DNA of 63,970 nt, the filler included, from Myxococcota bacterium (GTDB lineage Bacteria; Myxococcota; Myxococcia; Myxococcales; Myxococcaceae), in the NCBI GenBank assembly GCA_049322255.1. It is 4 parts of 4 records of this genome, joined end to end, with 100 filler letters (N's around TTAATTAATTAA, not from the genome) between each part and the next. Parts side by side here need not be neighbours in the genome. Positions count along the whole stretch, not along the records: positions 18,388 to 36,646 come from JBMORE010000089.1; positions 36,747 to 54,903 come from JBMORE010000090.1; 2 more parts are not named here. The stretch is one strand, 5' to 3'. Below, one piece after another: positions 35,572-44,764 of this stretch. The position numbers and the translations under genes were made by a program. The notes under the pieces are model-generated. The model had not been told where the DNA came from. It saw only the letters and a program-made list of their open reading frames with translations, and searched no databases. The stretch's first letter is position 1. Every line of letters begins with the position of its first letter.

Positions 35572-36372
35572 ATGCCTCGCATCGGACGCAACGACCTGCC
35601 CACTCCCGTCGAGCGCACGGATGACCCCCAGGTCACCCCGCCCCGAACGCCCGCGACGTCCGTCACGCCTACCGCTCCCACCGGCTGGCAGCCCAGGACT
35701 CCCGCAACGCCCAGCAACGTCGACCGGGTGGGGTTCGACAGTGCGCCGCGGCGCAACCCGGTTGCTCCCCACGTCGGACGACCGCTGGTGCAGACCCGGG
35801 TCGCCCACCCCGCCAAGACGCTCCACCCGCAGGACTTTCTCCCTGTGTCGCAGCGCTTCGATCGGGTCGCCTTGGACGATGGACGAGTCGATGCCAGTGA
35901 TGTCAACCAGCTCATTCACTCGCTCGCCGCCCGGCCGCTCTCCCCGGAGGACGAGCAGGCGGCGCGCACCTCCTTCGAGCGACTGAAGAGCCGCTTCACT
36001 CCCACGGCGCGGGCGCGCATGGAGACCTTTTTTGCCCGGCAGGTTCCGCGGCTGCGCACTGCGGATTCCGGCAGCGTGGGAGTAGGTGTTCGCCGTGACG
36101 GGTTGGGGGCGCCGACGACGGCCACCGCCAACTGGGACCCGCCGACCACCAGTGCAGATGGCACTCCCCTGACCGACCTCGCCGGGTACAAGCTCTATTA
36201 CGGCTCCACCCCTGGCACGTACACCAACGTCATCGACATTCGTGATCCGTCGGCCACCGGGTACGTGGTGGAAGGGTTGACCCAGGGGCCGTGGTACTTC
36301 GCGGTCACCGCCTACGATACGAGCGGCAACGAGAGCGGACACTCCAACGAGGCAAGCAAAGTCATTCCATGA
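35572..36372 (+). CDS. Pro-rich protein with C-terminal fibronectin type III domain
   Basis: AGGAGGT RBS; WDPPT...DLAGYKLYYG...YFAVTAYDTSGNES. Confidence 0.85.
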   Translation: MPRIGRNDLPTPVERTDDPQVTPPRTPATSVTPTAPTGWQPRTPATPSNVDRVGFDSAPRRNPVAPHVGRPLVQTRVAHPAKTLHPQDFLPVSQRFDRVALDDGRVDASDVNQLIHSLAARPLSPEDEQAARTSFERLKSRFTPTARARMETFFARQVPRLRTADSGSVGVGVRRDGLGAPTTATANWDPPTTSADGTPLTDLAGYKLYYGSTPGTYTNVIDIRDPSATGYVVEGLTQGPWYFAVTAYDTSGNESGHSNEASKVIP

Positions 36373-36646
36373 CAGCGCGCGGCGTCATCGCGTTCGCGTG
36401 CGCGCTCTTGGCGGCGAGCTGCCGTTCGTGTGTGGGCGTCGCCGACATCGCCGACGTCTGCGAGGGCTGCGGGGGCCTTCCGGTGGCGGTGGGCGACAAC
36501 CCGGTCTGCCGGCATTCGGTTTCTTCTTTCTCGGCAGGGCCCACTCCACAGTGGGAGGCGACCGGTCCCTCTGGTGGGAAGGTGACTTCGTTGCTCGCGG
36601 CGAGCAGAAACCTCATCCTCGCCGGCACGGGGTACGTGCGTGGTTT
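36369..36646 (+). CDS. 5' fragment of a putative lipoprotein (cut by contig end)
   Basis: ATGA overlap, LAASC lipobox, WEATGPSGGKVTSL propeller-like start. Confidence 0.65.
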
Positions 36647-36746
36647 NNNNNNNNNNNNNNNNNNNNNNNNNNNNNNNNNNNNNNNNNNNNTTAATTAATT
36701 AANNNNNNNNNNNNNNNNNNNNNNNNNNNNNNNNNNNNNNNNNNNN
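36647..36746. other. Artificial contig linker
   Basis: N-run/TTAATTAATTAA/N-run. Confidence 0.97.
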
Positions 36747-36958
36747 CCCAGCGTTGATCAAATTTCGATCGTTGACGCAACTTCGATCTCCACTCATCGG
36801 CCGAAGGCCGAAAATTCGGCTCCGGAGGAAACAATGCGATCTGACTTCTCACCCATTAGGGACATCCCCTAGTCCCCCAGCTTTTGAACTAGTTTTCAAA
36901 GTGTTTCTCCGTGGTTAGTTGTTGCCGTTCTCTAGGATGCGAACTGCACTGCGGGGAT

Positions 36959-37684
36959 ATGACGAGGACGCGCCGATCACCAAGCCCAGCTCAGCTCGAA
37001 GCCGCTGCCGACAGGCTCTTGAGCGCGGGGGGGCAGAAGGCCAAGCGCGACGATCGAAGGCTCGAGAACGACGCGAAGCTGGAGCTGGCGATTGCCCGGC
37101 GTCCCGATGACGCGGCCAGGTGGCACACCTATGCACAGTGGTTGACTCAGCGCCGTGATCCTCGCGGCAAGTTGTGGAAGCTCCGAAATGAAGATCGAGC
37201 GGACGAGGCAGAGCAGTTGGTAGAGCAACTCAAGACCACCCTCTTCGGAGACGCAGCGGATTCGGTATGGGCCGGCCAAATCGATGTCCGACGGTGGGAG
37301 GGCGGTTTTGTCGCATCGGCCGCTGTCGATCTGGGGGAAGTCGCGCTCGCGCGGTTCCGTGCATTCCTCGAAGCCCCGGTGACGCGGCTCCTCGGCGCAC
37401 TGACCGTTCGATACTCCGACACCAGCAACGAGCCTGCCTCCAAGCTCGACACTGCCCTCGGACAGCTCGCGAAGGTGGCGAGGTGGTTGACCGAGGCCCC
37501 GTGCGCAAGATCGTTGCGGGTTCTGCAGATCGAAAGCGTCGATGTCACGGGACAGCAGCCTGAAGTATTCGACATGCTCGATCGCCTGCGCATACCGAAG
37601 CCGAAGGGGCTGCCCCAACTGCGCGATGTCGAGATCTTCTTTCTCGATGACGGAGACGCCGAGGAGTCCTTCGAGGAGGTCTGA
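36959..37684 (+). CDS. TIGR02996-like domain protein
   Basis: LELAIARRPDDAARWHTYAQWLTQRRDPRG, WEGGFV, short LRR-like tail. Confidence 0.7.
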   Translation: MTRTRRSPSPAQLEAAADRLLSAGGQKAKRDDRRLENDAKLELAIARRPDDAARWHTYAQWLTQRRDPRGKLWKLRNEDRADEAEQLVEQLKTTLFGDAADSVWAGQIDVRRWEGGFVASAAVDLGEVALARFRAFLEAPVTRLLGALTVRYSDTSNEPASKLDTALGQLAKVARWLTEAPCARSLRVLQIESVDVTGQQPEVFDMLDRLRIPKPKGLPQLRDVEIFFLDDGDAEESFEEV

Positions 37685-37773
37685 AAACCCTCAGCGAACC
37701 CCAGCTTTCGAACTTTCGGCAGGTTGACTTGGCCACGAGTTGCACGTACGTATCCGACCGCACAATCGAATAA

Positions 37774-37845
37774 GGCCCTGTCGTCTAGTGGTCAGGACGG
37801 TGCCCTCTCACGGCACAAACTCGGGTTCGAATCCCGGCAGGGTCA
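37774..37845 (+). tRNA. tRNA-Glu(CTC)
   Basis: Acceptor GGCCCTG/CAGGGTC, anticodon arm GTGCC-CTCTCAC-GGCAC, T-loop GTTCGAATC; CCA not encoded. Confidence 0.95.
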
Positions 37846-37863
37846 TACGCCGTTCTCGACGGA

Positions 37864-37900
37864 AAGAAGCCTCGGACCAGTCGTCCGGGGCTTTCTTGTT
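37864..37900 (+). terminator. Terminator downstream of tRNA-Glu
   Basis: AAGCCTCGGAC/GTCCGGGGCTT stem followed by TCTTGTT. Confidence 0.7.
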
Positions 37901-38115
37901 CCATCGGTGTTCCCTCCGGGCGCGGCACGGGGAGGGACGAGGTAATGGCGGAATCGCTATCGGTGGCTCGCGTTCGGCCGCGTTGAACGAAGCCTGACGG
38001 CAGCCGGGGCCGTGGAGACCACAAGCGCATTGGTGGCTCCGCCAACCAGTCACCAGCGCCGCGCCACTTGTCCCCGGACGCTCGGCCGCGAACGTGCCGC
38101 CCGGGGAGCCGCGTC

Positions 38116-38649
38116 TCAAGGCGTCCACGTCAGCCACGCGCGTTCACCGTCGAGTCGCACCTGGTAACTCGGGGACAAGGCTGGAGCATCGAATCGAGCA
38201 TCCACCATGAACCTCGGCTCACCGCGGCTTGTCTTTAGGACGACGCCGATCTCGCAGGAATCAGTCACCCGGAAAAGCTGTCGCGGCGTGGGAATGTCGA
38301 TATCCCACGATTGAGCACGACAAGGCAGGGCAAGCTGCTTGATGGGATCCGCACCTTCGCGGGGGTCAGCAACGAAGAACTTCTCTACGAACGTCGCTTG
38401 GCCCCGAGCGCATTGCGCCTGTGCTTCGTCTGTTGGGTTTTCCCGCGCGTGAGGTCCTTCGGCCAGGTACGACTGGCCACACAGAAGCACTCGGACCTGT
38501 TGGGCCCCGACATCCGCCGGGACGACAACCTCGAGATCGATTATCCCCCGAACGTCGGAATCTGGCTTTGTCCGACACGCGCTCAGCGCCAACATCCCCA
38601 CGAGCCCCAGAAAGACACCGCTTCGACGTGTTGTCCGGGTGTAGGCCAT
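38116..38649 (-). CDS. Hypothetical lipoprotein
   Basis: MAYTRTTRR...LALSAC lipobox; atypical codon usage. Confidence 0.65.
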   Translation of the reverse strand: MAYTRTTRRSGVFLGLVGMLALSACRTKPDSDVRGIIDLEVVVPADVGAQQVRVLLCGQSYLAEGPHARENPTDEAQAQCARGQATFVEKFFVADPREGADPIKQLALPCRAQSWDIDIPTPRQLFRVTDSCEIGVVLKTSRGEPRFMVDARFDAPALSPSYQVRLDGERAWLTWTP

Positions 38650-38776
38650 GGAGTCGACTCGATCTGCGCCTTCGAACGTTGTTCCTTCTCGGTCGTAGCG
38701 CTCCCATCGAGCCTTGTGGAACCGGGCGCCGGTTGCCGCCGGCGCCCGGCAACTACCAACCACAAGGAGCAACGAG

Positions 38777-39055
38777 ATGGGCGAACTGTACAACAAGATG
38801 GCTCGGGACCTGGCGCTGAAGAACCTCGCGGCGACGACGCAGAAAGAGTACCTGCGCTGCTGCTGCCACTTCATATGGTACCACATGACCTCGCCGAGGG
38901 AGCTGGGTGAGACGGCGATCAAGCAGTACCTCGAGCACCTGCAGTTCAAGGGAACCGGACCGGAGACGCTGAAGATGAACGTCGCCGCCTTGAGGTTCCT
39001 CTACGGCGTCACTTTGGATCGGCCGAAGGTGGCGGAACGGTTGCCGTGGCCGAAG
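38777..39055 (+). pseudogene. Truncated tyrosine recombinase (N-terminal SAM-like domain only, IS91-associated integrase type)
   Basis: AAGGAG RBS; KMARDLALKNLAATTQKEY...AALRFLYGVTLDRP...LPWPK; catalytic domain absent. Confidence 0.85.
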
Positions 39056-39057
39056 GG

Positions 39058-39270
39058 AAAGGGTACGGCTTGCTTGGTTCGTGCAAGTGGTCGACGAGAC
39101 ACTTGCAGGAGGACGTTCTCGACGAGCTTCTTCGGGCCCGGGCTGCTCTTGGGCCAAAGGCCTCACAAGCCCGGTTAGCCGTATTTGCGAGAGCTGGCTT
39201 CTCGAACGCCCTCAAGGCACGCGCCAAGCTCGAACGTGTTTCTCTCGTCCAGGTAGACGAACTGTTCTGA
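39058..39270 (+). pseudogene. C-terminal fragment of an ATPase/DUF234-type protein
   Basis: LLGSCKW...LAVFARAGFSNAL...LVQVDELF resembles the DUF234 C-terminus; no N-terminal ATPase. Confidence 0.7.
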
Positions 39271-39329
39271 GTGCGCCTCGACTCGTACTAAGAAGCCTCG
39301 ACCGCTTTCGAGCGTTGAAGGAGGAGCAG

Positions 39330-40160
39330 ATGAGAGTAACGGGTTGGGTCATGGTCTGGGCCGCTCTGGCACCGGTGGCGATGGCCGCGGGAAACGACGC
39401 CGACGGGTGTAAGGACCCTCCGTTTCTGACCCGCTACCCTGGCTCGACGATTCACGAGTGCCAACACAAAGACTTCGAACGAAGAGAGCTCACCGTCGGG
39501 GAGGAGAAGACCCAGGCGCTCGAGGGCGCGTACGACTACCTGCAGTACTGGCCGGTCGGCGCTGGAGTCACCGGTCTCCAGCTACATCGAAACTATTCCG
39601 CAGCCCTCAAGAAGGCCGGCTTCACCCTCGTCTACGACGACAAGCAGGGACATCAGACCGGCCGACTGAAGAAGGGCTCCGAAGAGATGTGGATTGAAAT
39701 CGCTTCCCGAGACGGTCCGAACGCCGACGGAGAGGCCGAGCTGCACATCGTTCGGGTCAAGTCGATGGAGCAGAAGATCGACGCCACCGACGCCGCGTCC
39801 TTTCTTCAGGCCCTCAACGACAAGGGCTCGGTCTCTGTCTACGGAATCAACTTCGAGACCGGCAAGGCAGCCATCACGACCGACTCCGCGAAGGTGCTGA
39901 GAGAGATTTCCAAGCTCCTCGAGCAGAACCCGAAGCTCGAGCTGCTCGTCGAGGGACACACCGACAGCGTCGGCGGCATTCGGTTCAACATCGAGCTGTC
40001 GATGAAACGCGCGGCGGCGGTGAAGGACTGGCTCGTGAAGAACGGCTGCGACGCCAAGCGGCTCGTCAGCCACGGGGTGGGCGACCGCTACCCAGTCTCC
40101 GGCAACGACACCGAAGCGGGTCGAGCGAAAAATCGGCGGGTCGAGCTGGTCAAGTTGTGA
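39330..40160 (+). CDS. OmpA family protein (DUF4892-like N-terminus)
   Basis: Signal peptide, DADGCKDPPFLTRYPG, INFETGK, EGHTD, LSMKRA, NRRVELV. Confidence 0.92.
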   Translation: MRVTGWVMVWAALAPVAMAAGNDADGCKDPPFLTRYPGSTIHECQHKDFERRELTVGEEKTQALEGAYDYLQYWPVGAGVTGLQLHRNYSAALKKAGFTLVYDDKQGHQTGRLKKGSEEMWIEIASRDGPNADGEAELHIVRVKSMEQKIDATDAASFLQALNDKGSVSVYGINFETGKAAITTDSAKVLREISKLLEQNPKLELLVEGHTDSVGGIRFNIELSMKRAAAVKDWLVKNGCDAKRLVSHGVGDRYPVSGNDTEAGRAKNRRVELVKL

Positions 40161-40335
40161 TGACGGCGACGTTCACCGCGCCCTCGAAGCAAAACCCGAT
40201 CTCCAAGTCGAGTCCTGGCCAAAGCCGCACGTCGTGCACCTGGCCGCACCGTGCCGCTATGTCCGGGCGGTTCGAGCGCTGGCGGCGCGCACCTTGCCAA
40301 CCTCAGCCTGAGCTGTACCCGCAAGTCCACGACTC

Positions 40336-42795
40336 CTATCCCGGCGCTTGGGGTGCCCATTCCTCCTGCGCAGTCTTCGCCCGCGGCTCGATGGGGAGCG
40401 TGAAGTGGAACGTCGTTTCTTCCGGGGTGCTTTCGGCCCAAATGCGCCCACCGTGGGCTTCCACCAAGCCCTTGCAGATGTAGAGACCCAGCCCCAGGCC
40501 GGTCTTTCGCTCCCACGCCCCTCGATGAAAACGGGTGAACAAGCGCTGAATCGTTTCATCGGACAGCGCCTTGCCCTTGTTGGTGACCGCCACCTCCACC
40601 TCGTCGCCTCGCGCACGAAGACCGACGACGACCTCGGTGCGTGGCGCTCCGTATTTGATCGCGTTCGAAAGAAGATTGCCGAGCACCTGCTCCAGCCGGC
40701 CGGAGTCGGCGACGACCCACGGAACGTCGCCCTCCACCTCGACCCGCACGGGACGGTCGGGCGCCTCGCTGCGCTCCGCCGCCTCCCGGGCCAAAGACAC
40801 GAGGTCCATCCACTCACGCTCGATTTTCAAACGATGGGCTTCGATGCGGCTGACGTCCAAAAGGTCGTCGATCATCCGCGTGAGCCTCTGTACCGAATGC
40901 TGGATCCGCGCGAGGAATTTCGATTCTTCCGCGCCCATTCCCCCTGGGTGAGCTCGCTCCACCATCCGCGCGGCGAGGGCGATGATCTGAATGGGTTGCC
41001 GCAAGTCGTGCGCGACCACGCTCGTCCACTCCTCACGCATCCGCTCCAACGCCTTGATCGTCGAAATGTCCTGAAACACCGCCACCGCACCGGCAGGTGC
41101 CTCGCCCTCTTGGAGCGGGCTGGCGCTGGCGAGGATGGGAACCAACGTGCCGTCCTTGGTACGCAGGAGCAGCTCCACACCCCTCACCGTCTCTCCGCGG
41201 AGCGCGCGCACCAATGGCAGCTCGTTGATGACCTCCGGCGCCCCACTGGGCAGGTAGACGTCGAATAGAACCGGGTTTCCAAACACGTCCCGCTCGCCGC
41301 GATCGCCAACGGTGAAGGCCTGGGCGGCGCGGTTGAGGATGACGACCCGACCTGAGCCATCGGCAATCAGTACCCCCTCTGGCATTTGATCGATCACTTG
41401 CTTGAGCCAACTCCGTTCCCGCGCCTCGAGCTGGCGGAGCCGGGTGACCTCCATCGCCACCGCCGCCCGGTCGGCGAGCATGGCGACGGCCCGTTCGTCG
41501 TCCTCGGTGAACTCCTCCGCGCCTTGCTTGTTGGAGAGGTACAGGTTGCCCAGCTCCCGCCCCCGGTAACGAACGGGAGCACCGAGAAAGCTGGTCATCT
41601 CTGGATGATGCGGAGGCAGCCCGAGGAAGGCGGGCTCGCGGCGAATATCTGGGATTCGCAGAGGGTGGGCTTCGTGAATCACCTTCCCCAAAAGGCCCAC
41701 AGGCCGAGGGTGGCGCCCGATGGCGCGCTCCTGCTCTTCGCTCACTCCCGTGAACACCCATGGGTCGAATGGACGGGAGGGATCGGTGCCGATGCCTAAG
41801 GCCGCGTATTGCGCTCCAGTAATCGTCTGCGCCTCTTGGCAGATCGTCAAAAGCACCCGGCGAAGATCTGCATCTGGCACCATGGCCGCTGCGTCTTGCA
41901 CGGCGATGGTCGCCCTTCCGATGGCCTCCAGCTGCCGACGAAGCTTTTTCTCTTCTTCGTGCGCGCGCCGCGTCTCCGCCGCCACCACCTCGAGCTGCCT
42001 GGCGGTGAGGAGAATGACGCCCGTCGCGATCACGCTGCCGAGCGCCGCGAGCGCCGACAAGACCGCCGGCACATCGCTTAAGCCAGCCCGGAGCAGCGCC
42101 CCTGCGACCAGCCCCAAGCCGGGCGGGAGCAAAAGCACCGGTAGAATCAAGCGGCGGCTGAGGAGCCCTCCTGGACCAGCGCCGCAGAACAACCGGCAGG
42201 GAGCGTGCGCGGGGTCTCCTGTCAGGGCGACCACGGCGAGGAGCAAGATCGACACCGCCGTCGGTAGAGACATTCCACGGGTCGGAACGGCATTCGGTAC
42301 CCGGGTGTAGGTCGCTTGAAAGGCATAAGCGGAGAGGACGACGAAGGCGCTTAGCGCCGCTCCGAGAATCAATGCGGTGCTGAGCGCCCTGCGCCATCGT
42401 CGTGGCGCGTCGACCACCAGGCCTAGCCCGAAAAGCACCAAGGTGACGTTCGTCCCCAGCGAGAGCGTGGAAAGCCAGGGCAGGCCGGCCATTCCCACCA
42501 CCAGCACCGCTGCGATTGGCCGGCCCACTCGCTGCCGGGTGCGCCCCACCGCTCCCAGCCGCAACAGGCCGCACGCCGCGGCAGCGACCAGCACGGCGAA
42601 TGCAGCAGCCCCCGACATCTCCCAGCCACCCCGCACCCACGACCGGAGCCACGCCGCTCCAATCCCCCAGCTGATGAGCACGGTCACCGCTACCAGAACC
42701 GCCAGAAACAGGCACACGCGCGCCAGCACTCCAAAAGTCCGCAAGGCTCGCGCATCGAGAGACGTTGTCTTGGCTGTGAGACCCTTCGGCGCCAT
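40336..42795 (-). CDS. Membrane GAF-PAS sensor histidine kinase
   Basis: Multiple TMs, GAF (PPHHPEMTSFLG, GNLYL), PAS, AHDLRQP, NLLSNAIKY, GLGLGL. Confidence 0.92.
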   Translation of the reverse strand: MAPKGLTAKTTSLDARALRTFGVLARVCLFLAVLVAVTVLISWGIGAAWLRSWVRGGWEMSGAAAFAVLVAAAACGLLRLGAVGRTRQRVGRPIAAVLVVGMAGLPWLSTLSLGTNVTLVLFGLGLVVDAPRRWRRALSTALILGAALSAFVVLSAYAFQATYTRVPNAVPTRGMSLPTAVSILLLAVVALTGDPAHAPCRLFCGAGPGGLLSRRLILPVLLLPPGLGLVAGALLRAGLSDVPAVLSALAALGSVIATGVILLTARQLEVVAAETRRAHEEEKKLRRQLEAIGRATIAVQDAAAMVPDADLRRVLLTICQEAQTITGAQYAALGIGTDPSRPFDPWVFTGVSEEQERAIGRHPRPVGLLGKVIHEAHPLRIPDIRREPAFLGLPPHHPEMTSFLGAPVRYRGRELGNLYLSNKQGAEEFTEDDERAVAMLADRAAVAMEVTRLRQLEARERSWLKQVIDQMPEGVLIADGSGRVVILNRAAQAFTVGDRGERDVFGNPVLFDVYLPSGAPEVINELPLVRALRGETVRGVELLLRTKDGTLVPILASASPLQEGEAPAGAVAVFQDISTIKALERMREEWTSVVAHDLRQPIQIIALAARMVERAHPGGMGAEESKFLARIQHSVQRLTRMIDDLLDVSRIEAHRLKIEREWMDLVSLAREAAERSEAPDRPVRVEVEGDVPWVVADSGRLEQVLGNLLSNAIKYGAPRTEVVVGLRARGDEVEVAVTNKGKALSDETIQRLFTRFHRGAWERKTGLGLGLYICKGLVEAHGGRIWAESTPEETTFHFTLPIEPRAKTAQEEWAPQAPG

Positions 42796-43022
42796 CTTGA
42801 CGCACCAAAAGATGCGGCCTGGGCTTGCCGCGTGCATGAAGGGCTTGGCCAAAATGCCCGCCTGGTGTTGGCTTTGAGTGGCATGAAGCGACCACATCAC
42901 CGCTCGTCCGCACGCTCGCTCGGCATCACACCGACGTCGCGGGGCGAGCCGAGGCGCACGCCCTGACCTCTGGATTTTCGAACATCCTCGAAAAAGGGCC
43001 GGTTCCTCGCTGGCTCGGCGAT

Positions 43023-43523
43023 GTGCGGTTACATTTCGACACCCCGCAGCTCGTCGGCGAGGCCGGGCTTCCTTCCGTGCGCTGGCCGCCGGCGCTCGCT
43101 TTGACGACGGGTGTCGTGGGTGCGGTCGGTTGCGTTGCGGTACTCCTCGCCGTGCCCCAGGAAGGCGCCGCAGCGGCGGGCCTGGGAGCGCTGTCCGCCG
43201 CTGGTTTTCTCGCCGCCGCCCTGCTCGAACGGCACGTCAGGCGCCAGCGCCGCTTCGTCATCGGCTTCACCAGCCACACCCTGCGGCTCGACTTCACCAC
43301 CGTGGTGCGAGGGCTGCCCCGGACGATGGTGGTACCCTTTCAGCGAGTGCGCGACATCGCGGTGCTGGAACAGGCCGACCAGCGATTCGTCCTCACGGTC
43401 GACTTCGAGGACGAACGCGGCGGCCTCTTTCGCGAGGTGCTGGTGGCCAACGTCACTGGCGAGGAGAGCGAGACGCTGCAGCGGCTGCGGAGCCTCCTGC
43501 GCGCCGCCATCGGGCTCTCCTAG
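43023..43523 (+). CDS. Hypothetical membrane protein
   Basis: Two TMs followed by a beta-rich soluble domain; high GC3. Confidence 0.7.
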   Translation: MRLHFDTPQLVGEAGLPSVRWPPALALTTGVVGAVGCVAVLLAVPQEGAAAAGLGALSAAGFLAAALLERHVRRQRRFVIGFTSHTLRLDFTTVVRGLPRTMVVPFQRVRDIAVLEQADQRFVLTVDFEDERGGLFREVLVANVTGEESETLQRLRSLLRAAIGLS

Positions 43524-44674
43524 CCAGGGGCCGGCTTCATCACCACCTCGACCACCGTGCCCACCCCGACCTCCGAGGTCAGGCGAACCTCCCCGTTCAT
43601 CTGGCGCATCAGCTCACGACAAATGGCAAGCCCCAGCCCGGTGCCCACACCCGGAGGCTTGGTGGTGAAGAGCGGCTCGAACACCTTGGGCTGCAGCTCG
43701 GGAGGAATACCGCAGCCGTTGTCACGCACCGTGGCAATCACCGCACCGCCGTCGACACGCCAGGAAATGTCCACCCGCCCCGGGCGGTCGAGACCCTCCA
43801 TCGCGTGCGTGGCGTTGAGGAAGAGGTTCAAAAACACCTGCGTCAACTTCACCGCGCCGCAGGCGACCGGGGTGGGCTGGCCCTCGACCACCCAACGGGT
43901 GGGTTGCCGTACCTGCGCGCGCGCCAACCGCACCGCGAACTGAACCACGTCGGCGATGTCGCAGGTGGCGCTTTCCTCGTCGGCTCGGGCCTGAGAGCGC
44001 ACACCCAGCGCCACCTCACGAATGTGCTTGGCGCCCGCCTCGACGTCGGCCAGCAGGTTGGGCAAGTCGTCGAGCGTGCCGCGCACCGCCTCGTCGGGGT
44101 GGGTGGCCAAGAAGGGCCTCACGTAGCGTTCGAGAAGGTCGAGCTCCTCTCGCAGGGCGCCGATGTTCTGCGTCATGTAGGCCACGGGGTTCATCAGCTC
44201 GTGGGCGATTCCTGCGCTCACTTGGCCGATGGTGGCCAACCGCTCCGAGAGGAGCATGCGCACCTCGATTTCCCGCAGGCGCGTTTGCAGCGCACAGATG
44301 CGCAGCGCATCTTCCAGGGCGGCCCCCAGCTCCTCGCGCACCCAGGGCTTGATGAAGTACCGAACCACCTGGCCGCGGTTCACCGCGTCCATCACCGCCT
44401 GCAGGTCCGAGTAGGCGGTGATGATCATCCGGGAGACGTCGGGGGAGCTCTCGCGCACCTTCTCGAGAAGCTCGACGCCGGTCATCCCCGGCATGCGCTG
44501 GTCGGCGATGAGCACGCCGATCTCTGAGGCCTGAGTAGAGAGCATCGCCAGCGCCTCCTGAGCCGAGGTGCAGGTCATCACCTTGAACCGGGCCCGAAAG
44601 TTGGCCTCGAACACCCGCAGATTCGTCGCCTCGTCGTCGACGTACAAAACGGCGAGCGGCTCGACGATCGGCAT
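43520..44674 (-). CDS. Hybrid REC-HisKA-HATPase kinase
   Basis: VLYVDDE, ADQRMP, AHELMNP, QVFLNL, GTGLGL. Confidence 0.93.
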   Translation of the reverse strand: MPIVEPLAVLYVDDEATNLRVFEANFRARFKVMTCTSAQEALAMLSTQASEIGVLIADQRMPGMTGVELLEKVRESSPDVSRMIITAYSDLQAVMDAVNRGQVVRYFIKPWVREELGAALEDALRICALQTRLREIEVRMLLSERLATIGQVSAGIAHELMNPVAYMTQNIGALREELDLLERYVRPFLATHPDEAVRGTLDDLPNLLADVEAGAKHIREVALGVRSQARADEESATCDIADVVQFAVRLARAQVRQPTRWVVEGQPTPVACGAVKLTQVFLNLFLNATHAMEGLDRPGRVDISWRVDGGAVIATVRDNGCGIPPELQPKVFEPLFTTKPPGVGTGLGLAICRELMRQMNGEVRLTSEVGVGTVVEVVMKPAPG

Positions 44675-44764
44675 TTTCTCTCCCCTCCCCCCCACATGCC
44701 GATACTACCCTCGCTTGCGAAATCCAGCCTGTCGAACGACGCGCAAGGCCGTTAACATGATGCC

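Noticed and set aside
37724..37752. Sigma70 promoter for tRNA-Glu (TTGACT-N17-TACGTA)
   Set aside because: The -10 lacks the conserved final T; plausible but unsupported
37846..42900. attR copy of the tRNA 3' end or integron attC sites
   Set aside because: No tRNA-end duplication or convincing attC found by eye, so island borders cannot be set
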